This document shows positions 28,230 through 42,600 of a stretch of DNA of 64,000 nucleotides, piece after piece; position 1 is the stretch's first letter; the number at the start of each line of letters is the position of its first letter. Position numbers and translations under genes: made by a program. Source of the DNA: Eledone cirrhosa (lineage: Eukaryota); the NCBI GenBank assembly GCA_964016885.1, contig OZ024740.1:212970001-213034000 (forward strand). The letters are read 5' to 3'. The notes beneath the pieces are model-generated. The model was not told the origin of the DNA. It worked only from the letters and a program-made list of their open reading frames with translations, and ran no database searches.

Positions 28230-29550
28230 ATGTAGATGATCAGTATACTACAGTGAAGCAAAGACGAGTACAGTTAGCCAGAGAAAGGTCACTAGAGACC
28301 CATGCATCAACGAAAGCAAAGACATGAAAACGACCAGAAGAGAGATGCTGCATGCAGGGCCAATGAATCACACGAGGCAAGGGAAAAATAGTTAGAATAA
28401 TTACGCCAGAAAAATGCAATCCGCCGGAGCCAAGAACCAAGAGTCAAAAGAGGAAAGAGAAAAAAGTTTAAAGGATGCCAATGAGACAATAGGTCAGCGA
28501 GAGATTAGACAACGAAAAAACCAGGAGCAAACAGTTGCTGCAAGACTTCGCCGATCCTCAGAGGAGAGACGTAAGCGTCTTGATCAAAATAGGCTGAATA
28601 AGTTTCACAAAAGAGTTACACCTTTCAAGGGGAGTTGGAAAGGTTCAACTTTCAACTATGATCCAAAACATGATTATTCTACAGAGATATTGATTGATAT
28701 TGGAGCAATGTCAAAAGAGTGCAGTTTTTGTAAAGGAAAGAAATGGGAAAGAGAAACCACCACTATGTGTTGTGATGGAGGAACAGATACTTTGAAGCTA
28801 TTGTTTTGGGAAACACATCAAGGAGCATGCACTCCTTGAAAACATTACGAATTATAATTCTGCTTTCCAAATGACCTCCTTTGGTAGTAATATTTTAAGA
28901 GAAGGGAACATGAAGCCAACTTTTAAAGTTCAAGGTCAACTATACCATTGTATTGGATCTTTGTTACCAACTGATGGCAAAAATCCTCAGTTTTTACAGC
29001 TATAATTTGTGGCAAATTACAAGGGGCAGGCTTTGCAACGATCATTTAACCTTCCAAATTTGAAAGACGAGTTAATCTTTGATTTGCAAGATATGTTGCA
29101 TGCAAACAATAGCTACATCAAAAACTTCAAATATGCATTATAACCTGCACTGCTCACTGAATATAAGATAGTTATTGATGCAGACATAAAGCCTGTTGCT
29201 GAACTCTGAGGCTGCTACAATGCCCCTGCTGCAAATGAAGTAGCAGCAATTATTACAGGCGACGAGTATGGGAAGAGAGATATTATTTAAGGAAGAGGAA
29301 ATAAGATGCAACGGATAAATGTAACCCACTGATCATATGGTGCACTCCAGTATCCATTAATCTGTGTATTTGGCCAAGATAGATATCACTTTGGTATAAA
29401 AGAAACAGGTCTTAACAGAAGAGTTCCTGCACTGACAAAAATAGTAAGCTGCATGGAATTCTATGATTACCTTTTCATATTAAGAGAGCAAGACATCAAA
29501 ATTCTTCATCGTTCACGCGACCTCTTCCAGCAATTTGCAGTTGATGTGTT
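28230..29550 (+). mobile_element. Helitron RepHel pseudogene fragment (N-terminal part)
   Basis: Across frames: C.FC..KKW..E....CC.GG, NIRNYNSAFQMTSFG, TFKVQGQLYH.IGSLLP, YNAP..NEVAAII, ALQYPL and LFQQFAVD. Confidence 0.88.
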
Positions 29551-29575
29551 TACACACACACACACACACACACAC

Positions 29576-29631
<56 letters not shown>

Positions 29632-29660
29632 TAGCAGCTGAGGCCACTTTTTATTAAGTT

Positions 29661-30269
29661 AATAATTTGAAAAATATTATTGAAAGTTTATTATAAAGAA
29701 GCAGTTTCAGGTAAAAATAATAGAAATATGCACTTGGGGCTGGACGGCGTACAATGAGAAGTGGAGCGACGTGAAAAGCGTTGTTTATTAACAGCGAAAT
29801 AGCAATGTCGATGATATGCAATTTGAAAAATACTACTTACTGTTAATGGTGGTTAACATGTATTAGAATTAAAATAAAAACCGCGTTCCTTCTTCGCAAT
29901 TTAAGGGTTTTATTTCTTTGATGGAAAACAGTGACCGTACTGCAGAATCGATTTCATAAAACGGTACTGTATGATCGTTAAATGTAGACGGATGATAGTT
30001 TATTAACAGCGAAATAGAAATGTCGATGATATGCAAGTTTAAAAATGCATAAAAATGATAATGAAACGTACTGTAGAAGGCAACAGTTTATTAGTCTGCA
30101 TTTTCAAACTTGCATATCATCGACATTGCTATTTCGCTGTTAATAAACAACGCTTTTCACGTCGCTCCACTTCTCATTGTACGCCGTCCAGCCCCAAGTG
30201 CATATTTCTATATTTTTTCCTGAAACTGCTTCTTTATAATAAACTTTCAATAATATTTTTCAAATTATT
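29661..30269. repeat. Inverted repeat with ~170-bp arms (29661-29829 and 30100-30269) and a partial third copy in the spacer
   Basis: Direct reverse-complement match; extra partial copy at ~29998-30048. Confidence 0.92.
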
Positions 30270-30520
30270 GGTACTGTATGTTAACAGCGAAAGAACGTTG
30301 ATGAGTTTAAAAATTTGTATGAAATTGTAAATAACTCATCCAAGTAATAGAACAAGGGGAAATAACTCACCGAACGCGATAGTAAATAGACCGTTTGGGG
30401 CTCTAGGGGCCACATTTTTCAAGTTAGGTGTGTAAATTTTCATGTCCGTCCGACCACGTCTACTACCATTTAACCGTTCACATCTGAATTTCAACCACCA
30501 CCCATTTCACAAATATATAT

Positions 30521-30678
<158 letters not shown>

Positions 30679-30766
30679 GACAGAGAGACAGAGAGGGATG
30701 TCTGCGCGTTCTTTGTTTCGCGAACAGCATCTCTAATTGAGTCAGTGAAGATTTGTGTGGGTGTGT

Positions 30767-30805
<39 letters not shown>

Positions 30806-31179
30806 GTCACACAATAGATCAAAGTATCAGTAGGTTTGTCGTTTTACAGCAGTCATTGAAAGTTAGGTGATACTAACTACAACACAAACCTATTTTACAG
30901 AACACAGAAAAAATTGATTCTATTTTAAATTAATCTACGGTGTATATTAATTTTTCTTTTTGACGATAGTGTCATATTATTATTGACCTAATAAAGTACC
31001 TGTAATGCACTGGGTAATTGCTGGCCTTGTGCCAAAAGTAGAAATAATTATTATTGACCTAATTCAGATGACAGTGTCAACCTATTCTCTAAGGCTGCGA
31101 TTTGCATTTATATCTATTTTTTTATATTGATTTGTATTGTTTGTTCGTTTTTTCACGATATTTTCCAAGAAAATTAATT

Positions 31180-31798
31180 TCATCATGTCACCAAAATACC
31201 GCTCATCTATCGCTGTAGTTACAATGTCAGCCAAACGGTTGAAATCTCCAAGCGAAAGAGAAACTCAGAGACGGGAAACAGAAAGACGATCGCAACTTTC
31301 TGAAAGTGAACAGAACTTGAGACGGGAAACAGAAAGATTAAGGCAAGAATAAAGACAACCTCAACAAACAGAGGCTGAATATGAAAATCACCAAGAGGCA
31401 ATGAGAGTTGCGATACAAACACGGCGGGCACAAAGGACTCTTCAAGGCAGAATAAACTGGCTAAGAGCTGCGTTTTCATATGATCCATCGAGAAATTATA
31501 GAAATGATCCTAAAGTTGCGATTGGTAGCATGGATATTACACTTGGCATGTTACTTAGGAGGAAAGGTCAGACCTCCACTGATAGAGGATCCTCCAGCTT
31601 TTATCCATATACTACTTACAGACCGTACTAACGAAGCTAAACACCTCAGGAGCAATGTTATTCGGTATATTGTTGCATTTCAGATGACGTCCTTTGGAGC
31701 TGAAAAAGATCATACTGGCTATGGTTATTTCACATTTAAAATCCAAGGACAATGCAAACATTTAATCAGCAGTTTACTCCCCCAGCCTAATAAGGATG
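31180..31798 (+). mobile_element. Second, different Helitron RepHel fragment
   Basis: AAFSYDP..Y....V.IGSM, GGKV, Y.VAFQMTSFGA and TFKIQGQ..HLISSLLP. Confidence 0.82.
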
Positions 31799-32371
31799 TT
31801 ATTGTTTCTCTCTCTCTCTTTCTCACACGCTCCCTCTCACTCTCTCTCTCTTTCTCTCTCTCTTTATCTCTATCTACCCCTCTCTCTCATATTGTATATA
31901 AAGAAGTATTACATTTATGGTATAAATTATGACAATAATAATTAATGATAAAATAATTCCAACAATAATATGATGAAATAAGAATTATATTTCGGAGTAA
32001 TTATTCTGCCCTAGTTTTCTACAACTATGGAATTTCAATAGTGTCAAGTTGAGCATAATGAATTGCAGTGTTTGAGAGTAGAATCATTGTAGTAATTTCA
32101 ATTTAATATGTACTCAAATACATATCTTATAATTTCAGAAATCGTCAACTTTGTTAAGAAGTAGATAAAGGACATGTTATTTTATTGTTTTTTTTATATC
32201 ATAACTTTGTAAGTTCACCAATTTGGTTGGAGTAGAAATGAAGAATCCACCAATTTAATTACCAACTACAAACAATTTTTAAAGGATTGTAACGATCGAA
32301 CTTGACACCAACTACAAACAATTTTTAAAACAAGTAAGATTGATGTTGCTGAGACAGCAATAATAATAATG

Positions 32372-32561
32372 ATTTCTGATTTAGGTACAAGGCCAGCAAT
32401 TTTAGGGGCAGGGAAAGTCGATTAAATCGACCCCAGTGCGTGACTAGTACTTTATTTTATCGACCTCAGCAGGATTTAAACTCAGAACGTAAAGGGCCAT
32501 AACTCTATGCTGCAAAAGCATGGTGTCTGACGCTCTACCGATACTGCTAATCCACCGCCCT
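32372..32561 (-). mobile_element. SINE copy (variant 3' part)
   Basis: Same head and body, lying among (AAT)n and (TAC)n repeats. Confidence 0.85.
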
Positions 32562-32604
32562 TATACTACTACTACTATTAATAATAATGATAATAATAAT
32601 AAGA

Positions 32605-35600
32605 ATGCTTTTTTTATTAGCCATACAGGGCTCACATTAAGGAAACATTAAATACGGTACAGGAAGATACAGTGTGGGTTTTTGTGTAAAATAAAATTTA
32701 TAAAAGTGATTAAGAAAATAAACAAAAAAAAAACAAATTCCCCAAAAGTGAGGGGACTCCAAGGATTACTCGTGGAGAAAGCCCGCAAAAAGCCACGGTC
32801 ACCATGGCTGCTAGGGCAAGCGCCCTCTCCCAGTTGTCCTCCCTCAATACTACAGGCACACGCTCCGGGTAGGCGCATTCACACGGGCCATTCTTGCTTC
32901 TCTCACTCCTACCCACCCCTTTCAACAAACTGGCTGGAAAGCTACACTTCCCTTTCCACCCTGATTTTCCTTTTCAGGTAAAAACTGAAAACGTTAATGA
33001 GAGCGTCGCCGAAGAGGAAAGTGTCCTCTTCAACCCTTTCAGACGCGTCCACCATACAACCCCTTTCACCATAGCCACCGGGCAGATAAAACTGCTTGCC
33101 CTTCCTGGTTAAAGGAGGGCGGTGGGGTAATCTTCATGATGGACTCAGCTAATAGCCTGATCCACACTACACGCGACAGCAGATGTCTAACATAAACCCA
33201 CATGTCAACGGATACTGGACGAGTGCGTGTTAGACTGTTTCGTCGTCCCATGCGCATCTCGGACAGGCCCGGCTGACGGCACTTCTATGCCTGTAAAGTT
33301 TATCTCGAACTGGCAACGTTCCCCGGTAGCACTGTCAGGTCAGGGATTTCTGCAAGGTATCCATTGGCCCTGGACTGAAAGTCCTCTGGAAGGTAATAGC
33401 TAGTTGGATTTCGTCGGCACCAAGACTTTCCCAAAGGACGTCGCCGCCGCTCTTGCCCTCCACTAACATTCTATAGAAAGCCAAGGTGGAGTTTCCACCG
33501 ATCCCAAAGCCCGATTGGCAAAGGGCAGTGAGCGTTTGGAGACATTCCAATTTCCAAGCGCTTGCTCTCGGTTTCCGCTTGACCCAGAACTGCAGCTCCT
33601 TCAAGGAGATGAGTTGAAGAAAAACGTGCCAAGCGAAAGGAAACCTCACATGCTCACCGTCGAGGAAAATCTGGAGATGACGTAGTCTCCACGTAGCGGG
33701 TGTTGACAGCAGATGGAACCGCATCCCTTCCACAAAAACGAAAGAACAAACGATCTAGTGCAGTCAGACGAGTCTTAGGACAGGGCACGAAGATCAGGCG
33801 TACATCACGCGTACATCACGCCCGATTGGTCGAGGGCTGTGAGCGCCTGAAGACATTCCAGTCTCCAAGCGCTCCCTCTCGGTCTTCGCTTGACCCAGGA
33901 CTGCAGCTCCGTCAAGGAGACGAGCTGGGGAAAGACGTGTCTAGCAAACGGCGACCACACCTGATCACCGTCGAGGAAGAGGTGGAGATGTCGTAGCCTG
34001 AGCGCGTGTCTGCGCATCATCAGCCACGGCATGCCCAGCCCTCCGCGTAGCGGGTGTTGACAGCAGATGGACCGCCTGACCACCGGAGCGCGTCCCTTCC
34101 ACAAAAAGCGAAAGAGCAAACGCTCCAGCGCAGTCAGGCGGGGCTTAGGACAAGATACGACGGTCAGGCGGTAGTAGATGACGGATGCGATGTACGCGTT
34201 AGCCAACTCCGCTCGACCTTTCAGGGATAGCTTCCTCTCGGCCCATTTCTGGGTGAGAAAAGCCACCCTGCTCGTCACCTCGTCCCAGTTTTTGTCCGTC
34301 TGGAGGTCCGGACCGAACCAGACTCCTAGCAATTTAACCGGTTCGTCCGTCCAGCGCCCGACGACGCTGTTGGACGGCATGGACCTGCCTCTCCAGGTGC
34401 CGAGCTGCAGGCTCACTGACTTTTCCTGGTTGATCATTGCTCCTGTCACCGCTTCGTATTCTCATAGTGTAGTGCCGATCGCCTCGATGTGTTTGGCGTT
34501 CGACAACACTACGGTGACATCGTCCGCATATGCTGACACGGATCTTCCGCATCCTAGTTCGCGCCGGACCCCCCTCAACGTCTCCAGTTTGTGCAGTAAT
34601 GGCTCGAGAGTCAATACGTACAAGAGGGACGAGAGGGGACATCCTTGGCGGACCGAGCGCATGATGTTGAACGGTTCCGAAAGATGACCGTTCACTCTCA
34701 CCACAGAGCAGATGTCGCTGTGCATGGCAGAGATCCAGCCTCTAAAGACGGGCCCAAAGCCAGCCGCCCTCAGGACTGCCGCTAGGTAACGATGGTCGAC
34801 CCTATCGAAAGCTTTCGACTGATCTAAATTGATCAAGGACCCACCCGTGCCAGGTTCCCTAGCTACCCTCTCTACGATGTATCGCATGAGGTGGAGGTTG
34901 TCGGGGATGGATCTGTCGGGAATGGCGCACGTCTGCGCCTCTCCCACCATACCACCAACGACAAGCGCCAACCTCTTTGCTAGCACCTTGGCAAAAATCT
35001 TGAACTCTGTGTTTAGCAAAGTTATGGGCCTGAAATTATCTATGTTATCCCCCTTGTTCGGATCCTTTCTCAGCAGCGCCACAGCTCCTCGGCTGACAGA
35101 GCTGGGAGTTCTCCCGTTCTGTTGCCAGTTGCAGTAGACGTCCGCCAAGAGGCCTCCGAACAAGTCTGGCATCTGTACGTAAAGTTCATAGGGCAGACCA
35201 TCCAAACCAGACGATTTACCCCTTGTGCGGCCAGTCATTGCCTCCCGTACTTCAGCGGCTGTTATCTGCTTTTCGCAACACTCCGCCTCAGTGGCCGAGA
35301 GCCCCGGCAGTACGTCGAGGTAGACACTAAAGTCCATCCCTCGATCCGGCCCGCCGCTGGCCCCGAACAGCTGTGCGAAGTGTCGCTGAAAAGCTTCACA
35401 CACTTGCCCGGGATCGAGTAGCATGCGCCCGTCGTGGTCCACCAAAGACCGGATCGTGGCTTTGTTGCCACGACGCGCCTCCGCCACTCGGGCCCATTGA
35501 ACGGCTTTCGTCCCCTCGTCTCTGAGAGCACGCACCCTAGCTCTGACAACGCAGCCTTCGTGCTTTGCATTGAAGAATTGGTCAAGGGCCAATTTCGCCG

Positions 35601-38600
35601 CAAGTATGTCGGTCGCGATGCTTTTGCTAAGCGCCTCGTCTAATTTTCTAACTAATTCTCCCTCTGCTCTATTTTTCTCTATTGCTAAAGCCTTACTAAA
35701 CCTAATGGACTCTATTCTAATTGCTCTTTTCAGAGCAAACCACCACTTGTTGTTGACGATGGCCCCCGTCAACGCCCGCTTAACTAGTTCGCTAATCCGG
35801 TCTCTGTAGGCCTTGCGCGCTGGTAAGGACGCGTTTAGCTTCCAGTAGCCGGGTCCTCGTCTATGAAGCCTATCTAAGTCAAGCACACATATCACGAATT
35901 TGTGGTCCGTGTTGCTGACTATCTTGAATTGTGGACAGCCTATGCTAGACCTATCTATTTCCCTACAAAATAATCTATCTAGATATGATCTGGATGACCC
36001 TATGAGATTTGTCCAAGTCCACATTGGCACATTCGGGAAATCCAATCGGTACTTGTCAGATAGTTTAAAACGCCTGAGCAGGTTGGTGAGGCTTTTGCAC
36101 CGTCCTCCCCTATCCGCTGATCCCACACAGTCCCAGCGTGCATCTAAGATCCCGTTCCAGTCGCCCACTAACACTAAAGATCGGGACGTTCCAAGAAAGG
36201 TCTCCAGACGCTGGAAGAAATCAGGCCGCCCTGCTCCTGTCGGGGGATAGACGGCCACTAGCCTGAAAGCTTGCCCATCTCCGCTGGTCATGTCTAGCAC
36301 CACCAGCTTACCTTCTGGGTCCAGGAAGATGGCCCGTATGACGAGATCCAAACCTCTCCGAAAAAGCACAGCAACTCCTCTCCTCGATCCCGGACGGCTG
36401 GGAAATGCGAACACATCGTAGCCGCCGAAGATCGGTGCGAAGGCCCGTGCTTCGGAGATTCTGGTCTCGCTGATGGCCACTACATCTATGTTTAGTAACC
36501 TGAGGTCGTTGAGCAGGTGGCCCTGCTTCCATGACAACCCCAAACCACGCGCATTTATGCTGCCTATTCTGAGTGAGGTCATGTTGAAATGGAGAGGAAA
36601 AGATGGGTAAGACCACTTACCTTACTTCTCGTTGAGGAAGGATGGTTTCTCCATCCTTTTCACTGCTTGTGACCTCCTCCGGAAGGATGTCCTTATAAAT
36701 CCTCCTGGAGAGTGTTTGTCGGCAGTCTCCGATGTCTTTGGGGAATTTTTGTTTTAGTGTCGTGCACGTATTCTGTGTGATGCGAGTGATTTGTATGTGT
36801 GGAGGTGGTGTGAACTTTTGGGTTGTTGTGTAGTCTTTTTCTGTGATGCTGGTGTTGTGTTGGATGTAGTGTAATAATTGGTTGTTCAAATTTAATGCTG
36901 TGTAGTGTGTATCGTTTTGGTTGTTTTGTTTTGTTTGCGTTTGTTGTGGGTTTGTTTCTGTTTCGCTATTTGGTGACTTTTGTGGTGTTGGTGATGGTGG
37001 TGTTGGGGTTAATGATGGCGATGGTGTTGGTGTTTGTTGTGATGGGGTTGGTGATGCTGGTGTGGATGGTGGCATATCTGTACTAACTTTTTTGATTGAT
37101 AGTTTATTTGTTTCCCTCTGTATTTTGTTTTTGGACGGGGAGGGAAGAGAATTTTTTTCTTTTTTGGTTTCTTTTTTTCTTTTTTCCTGATACCGTTTCC
37201 CACTCCTCGTCGTCACAATCTGTCTCCAGTTGTGATAGGCCGGGGAGTGGAAAATCCTCCACAGGCGTTAGTTTTGGTTGTGGCGTGGTGGATGGTGTAG
37301 GCGGTGGTGCTAGTTCTGGCGCGTTGGGTGGTGGTGGTGTTGGTTTTGCTACTGTTCCTGAGGTTGTTGCTGTTACAGTTTCTTCTCTTGTTGGTGCTAC
37401 AGTGGTTGTTGCCATCTCTGCTGCTGGTGGTGTTGATGGTTGAGTCACTGGGGTGGGTAAGAGAGGTGGCCTCAACCTTTTAGCCTGAGGGCAGAAAGCC
37501 CTTAGGTGGGTTCCTTCACCACAAACGACACACCTAGGCCTTCTTCCCTCGACAATTACGGTGAGGTGGCTGCCGTCAGTGAGGTCTATTACCTCTGGGA
37601 TATCCTCAATGCTTTTTTGGTCTGCTTGGATAAGGAGCTCCATCCGTGATCCGGACCAGTTCTCCTGCTTTTCTTTCGCTATTTCGATTATCTTGGTGTT
37701 GGCTTCGATGCCGGCGAGGACGGCAGCTATTAGCCAGAGAATTTCGATGGCCGGTGGAACGTGGGTAACCCTGATCTTTACGAGTCTCTGGCCACAATAG
37801 CTTGGGACGAGTGTGAAGTCGTCACTTCTTAATGGGGCCATGGAGTGTTCTCTAGTCTCCTGTGGTGTTTCAAAGAATACGTCCACGGTTCCATATTTTT
37901 GCCCACGTCTGATGTGAGTTTTTTTTGCCCGCACATGTCCCAAAGCTATTTCGATTTGGGACTCGGATGCCCGTTCCACTCGGCGCGATTTTATATTAAT
38001 TGTTCGATAAGACACGGTGCATAGGCGCCGATGCTCCATTCTATTATGTGGGGGGGGGCTCACCCTGTACCTATCTTTCTTTACCATTTTTTTGGCTTCT
38101 TCTAATTCCTCCTGAGTTACCTGAAATGCTTCGCACTGTTTTGCTACTCTGGCAAAACTCAGAGTAGTCATTGTTGCTGTTGTTGTTATCGTTATTTTTG
38201 TTATTATTAATTTTAGTTTCAGTTGTGGTGGTGGTGGCGTCAGTGGTGTTCGGTGTGGAAGAGTTCATTTTGGTTGAATTCATTTCGATATCACGAGTTA
38301 ATTTATTTTTTTCTTTTGTTTCTGTTGTCACGGTGGTGGTGGGGGGGGGGGTTGTCGCGGTGGTGGTGGTGGCGGCTTTAACACTTGCAGTCATTGGTAA
38401 TGGCGGGAAATGAATGTCTGCCTGAGACAAATTTAAAATATTGCTACTGCTTATATTTTTAGTGTTGGCAAACGTAGTAATATTTACAATGGTGGTGTCG
38501 GTGTGAGGTGTTAGTTTGTGAGGAAGGAATGAATCTGAGTCATCCATGATTTTTCAAAGAAAAATTTTTGTTTGATAATTATAAAAGTTTAAATTTTGGC

Positions 38601-38760
38601 CTTAAGGCCCTAATCTTTTTGGGTGTCCTTTTCAGATAACAATGTATGTGCACTTATATACAGTTAACAATAAAAATTTTCCATGAATGGCAATTTTAAA
38701 CAACTGAAAATAACAAACCTTTGCGGAGCTCACGATGATACGATTTGCTACGTAGGTCGC
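32605..38760 (-). mobile_element. Tx1-clade LINE copy E4 (composite 3' end) in (ATT)n
   Basis: ORF1 pieces 38547-36617 include CVVCGEGTHLRAFC. ORF2 36582-34462 (706 aa) continues to 33805. A more diverged 3' segment occupies 33800-32605 and ends GGCTAATAAA. (ATT)n lies on both flanks. Confidence 0.95.
33805..36582 (-). pseudogene. E4 ORF2 (APE and RT) with one premature stop and a 3' truncation
   Basis: INARGL, GDWN, SYLDR, TDHK, KAFDRVDH, SVRQGCPLS and AYADD are all in one frame. Confidence 0.92.
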
Positions 38761-38761
38761 C

Positions 38762-38789
<28 letters not shown>

Positions 38790-38793
<4 letters not shown>

Positions 38794-39596
38794 AATCGGA
38801 GACTGAAGGACTGATTATATCAGCACAAGATCAGTGTCTGCCAACAAAAAATTACCAAGCCAACATAATAAAAAATGGATGCAACCCATTATGCCGTGTA
38901 TGTAAAAAACAACCAGAGACCATTGATCATATAATTTCAATGTGCTGTCCTATAGCTCCAACCGAATACCTAAACAGGCATGACAGAGCTGCACAATACA
39001 TACATTGGATAATGTGTAAGCATTTTGACCTGTCCCATCAAAAGAATTGGTGGGAGCATCAACCACCTCCCATACTTGAAAAAGATCACATCTCAATCTT
39101 GTGGAACTTTAGCATCCAAACCGAAAAATAGATGCAAATAGACCTGATATAATACTGAAGGACTTTAAAAAAGGGGTATGCCTGCTAATTGATATGTCCG
39201 TTCCAATAGACAAGAATGTATCTATAAAAATATTTGAAAAATTGAGCAAGTATAAGGACCTGGAGATAGAAATTGGAAAAATGTGGAAATTGAGAACTAA
39301 AACAATACCAGTGGTTGTAGGCGCTCTAGGAATGATACCTAAGGGGTCTAATGATTACTTATCGGAAATCCCAGGAAACCCGCGTATAGGAGAAATACAA
39401 AAGATAGTACTAATGGGAACTGCCCATATACTAAGGAAGATTCTGTCAATATAAGTACATCACAAGTCTAAACACCTAAAGATGCATGTGTGAGTGTGTT
39501 CTTTCTTGAACATGGAGGACCTTGTTGTCTCTTGAGGTCACTGGTTGTGACTTGGCGATAACTCGTATGAACATAAAGCAAGATAAATGCAGCTGT
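38790..39596 (+). mobile_element. 5'-truncated R4/Dong-like LINE in (TAA)n
   Basis: ETEGLIISAQDQ, CRVC...ETIDHII, RHD, NRPDI, LIDMSVP, KLSKYKDL and PVVVGALG; (AAT)n on both sides. Confidence 0.88.
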
Positions 39597-39614
39597 AATA
39601 ATAATAATAATAAT

Positions 39615-42600
39615 GATTTCATTTATTGACACAAGGGCCGACATATAGGGGACAATACAAAAGACTGGGACAGTGGGGTTTTACAGAAAAATCGAGTAAA
39701 TAATATGAATAACAACAACAAAGTAACAATAAAGTAACAATAAAATTACAAAAAGAAAAAATTCCCCAATAGGGGGGATGACCACTTAGAGTTCCCTCAG
39801 GTACCCCACCAATCCTGAACGACCCGACGCTTCGAGAGCACCCTAGAAGGGCACCCCTCTCCTCTTCAAATTTACCTACCTACAGCCGTATGACCAGAGT
39901 AGGCCCACTCACACGGGCCATTCTCGCCACATTCACCCACCTTTCAGCAAATGTACTGGGGGGCAGCGCTTCTCTCTCCACCCTCACCTTCCTTTCCAAG
40001 TGAAACTTGAAAAAGTTGATAAGGGATTGGCCGAAGAGAAAAGTGTCTGTCTTCAGTCCTTTCAACCTCGTCCACCATACAACCTCTTTCGCTACTGCCA
40101 CCAGACAGAGAAAAATTGCCTGCCCTTCGTGGCCAAAAGAAGGCGGCGGGTCGATCTTCACTATGGACTCGGCCGATAGCCGGATCCGTTCTACACGCGA
40201 CAAGAGCTGTTCAACATAACTCCACAAGTCAGTAATGCACGGACACTGGACGAGTGCGTGCAGAACGGTTTCGTCGCTCTGCGCGCATCTCGGGCAGGTC
40301 CGTCTGACAGCACTTCCGTGCCTGTAGAGTTTATCTCGAACCGGCAGTACCCCCCCGGTAGCACTGCCAAGCGAGGGATTTTGGGAAATTATCTATCGTC
40401 CTCGGCTCGAAATTCCTCCGGTACAGACTGGTTAGTTCGACTTCGTTGACTCCCAGAGCCTCTCTGAGTTCGTCGTCGCACTTGCCCACCACTAATCCTC
40501 TATAGAACTCGAGAATGGAAGTTCCACTGACCGCATTGCCCGCCTGGTAGAGAGCAGTGAGTGCCTGGCAACATTCCAGATGCCAGTCACCCAGTCTCGG
40601 TCTCTTCTTGACCCAGGACTGCAACTCAGTCAAAGAAACGAGCTGCGGAAAGGCCCGTCTGACAAACGGCGACCACACCATTTCACCGTTTAGGCAGAAT
40701 ATCTGGAGATGCTGCAGCCTCAGCGCATGCCTGCGCATCATTAGCCACGGCATGCCCAGCCCTCCACGTAGAGGGTGCTGGCAGCAGATGGACCGCCTCA
40801 CCAGCGGAACCTGACCCCTCCACAAGAATTTGAAGAGGAGCCGCTCCAAGATGGCGAGGCGCGAACGGGGGCAAGGGACGACAGTCAGACGGTAGTAGAT
40901 GACGGACGCGATGTACGCGTTCGCCACCTCCGCCCGACCTTTCAGTGATAGCTTCATCCCAGCCCATTTCTGGGTGAGACTGACTACCCTGCCCGTCACC
41001 TCGTCCCAATTCTTATCCACCTGGAGGTCTGGCCCGAACCAAACCCCTAGCAACTTTACCGGTCCGTCCGTCCAGCGCCTAACGACGTTGTTGGACGGCA
41101 TGGACTTGCCTCTCCAGGTACCGAGTTGCAAGCCCACTGACTTTTCCGGGTTAACTTTTGCTCCCGTCAACCTTTCATATTCCTCCAATAAGTTGCCAAC
41201 CACCTCGATTTCTGAGGTGTCCGACACCATCACGGTGATGTCGTCCGCATAAGCCGACACAGCCTCTCCGCGTCCCGGTTCGAGCGGGATGCCCTGCAAC
41301 AGCTCCAGCTTCCGCAGTAAAGGCTCGAGAGTCAATACGTACAGAAGGGATGAGAGAGGGCACCCTTGACAGACCGATCGGGAGACCTGAAACGGTTCCG
41401 AGAGGTGGCCATTAATTTTGACCATCGAGCAGGTGCCGCTGTGCATTGCAGCGATCCAGCTTCTGAGGACGGGGCCGAAGCCAGCCGCCTTGAGGACAGC
41501 CTCCAGGTACCGATGGTCGACCCTATCGAATGCTTTTGATTGATCTAAATTGATCAGAGCCCCACCAAAGCCAGGTTTACACCCTACCCTCTCTATGATG
41601 TATCGCATTAGGTGGAGGTTGTCGTGTATGGAGCTGGTTGGGATTGCGCAAGTTTGCACCTCCCCAACCAAATCCCCGACGACAAGCGCCAACCTCTTCG
41701 TTAACACCCTGGCCAAAATCTTAAACTCTGTGTTGAGCAGAGTTATGGGCCTGAAATTGTCTAATGTGTACCTCTTGTTCTCGTCTTTCCTTATCAGCGT
41801 CACTAGGCCCCGGCTCACAGAACTGGGAATACTCCCGTTTTGCTGCCAGTTGCAGTAGAGGGCTTCGCGGAGATTGGAGAACAAGTCTGGCATATTTACG
41901 TAAAGCTCGTAGGGCAGACCATCCAAACCGGGTGACTTGCGCCTCATGCAGCCGACAAGGGTATCCTGAATCTCGGCTGAAGTAATTGGCCTTTCGCAGC
42001 GCCCAGCGCCAGCCGTCGAGAGTTGCGGCAAGCCATCGAGGTAGGGACTGAAGTCCGCCACCATCTCTGACCCGCCACTTCCCCCGAACAACCCAGCAAA
42101 ATGTTGGCGAAAGGCCTCACACATCCGCTTGGAATCGTTCAGCTCGTGTCCGTCTCGGTCCGTCAAAGACCGAATCGTGGTTTTCTTACCACGCTGTGCC
42201 TCTGCCACGCGGGCCCATCGAACAGCTTTGGTTCCCTCGTTTCTCAGAGCACGCGCCTTAGCTCTGACAATGCAACCTTCGTGTTTCGCATTGAAGAAAT
42301 GGTCTAATGCCTTTCTCGCCGCTAGCACATCAGTTGCAATGCCACGACCAATAGCCTCGTCTAACTTATCTACCAACTCCCCCTCCTTTCTATTTTTCTC
42401 TAATGCTACTTCTTTGCTAAACTCTATCGACATTACTCTAATCTCTCTTTTGAGAGCCCCCCACCATCTATTGTTGACGATTCCCCCTGTCAACTTTTTC
42501 TTAACTAAATTGTTGACCTGGTCCCTGTAAGCCTTACGTGCCGGAAATGACATGTTTAGCTTCCAGTAACCAGGTCCTAACCTACGCGTCTTATCTAGGT

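Noticed and set aside
34462-36582. Currently active autonomous LINE
   Set aside because: Every copy in the window has stops, frameshifts or deletions in ORF1 or ORF2.
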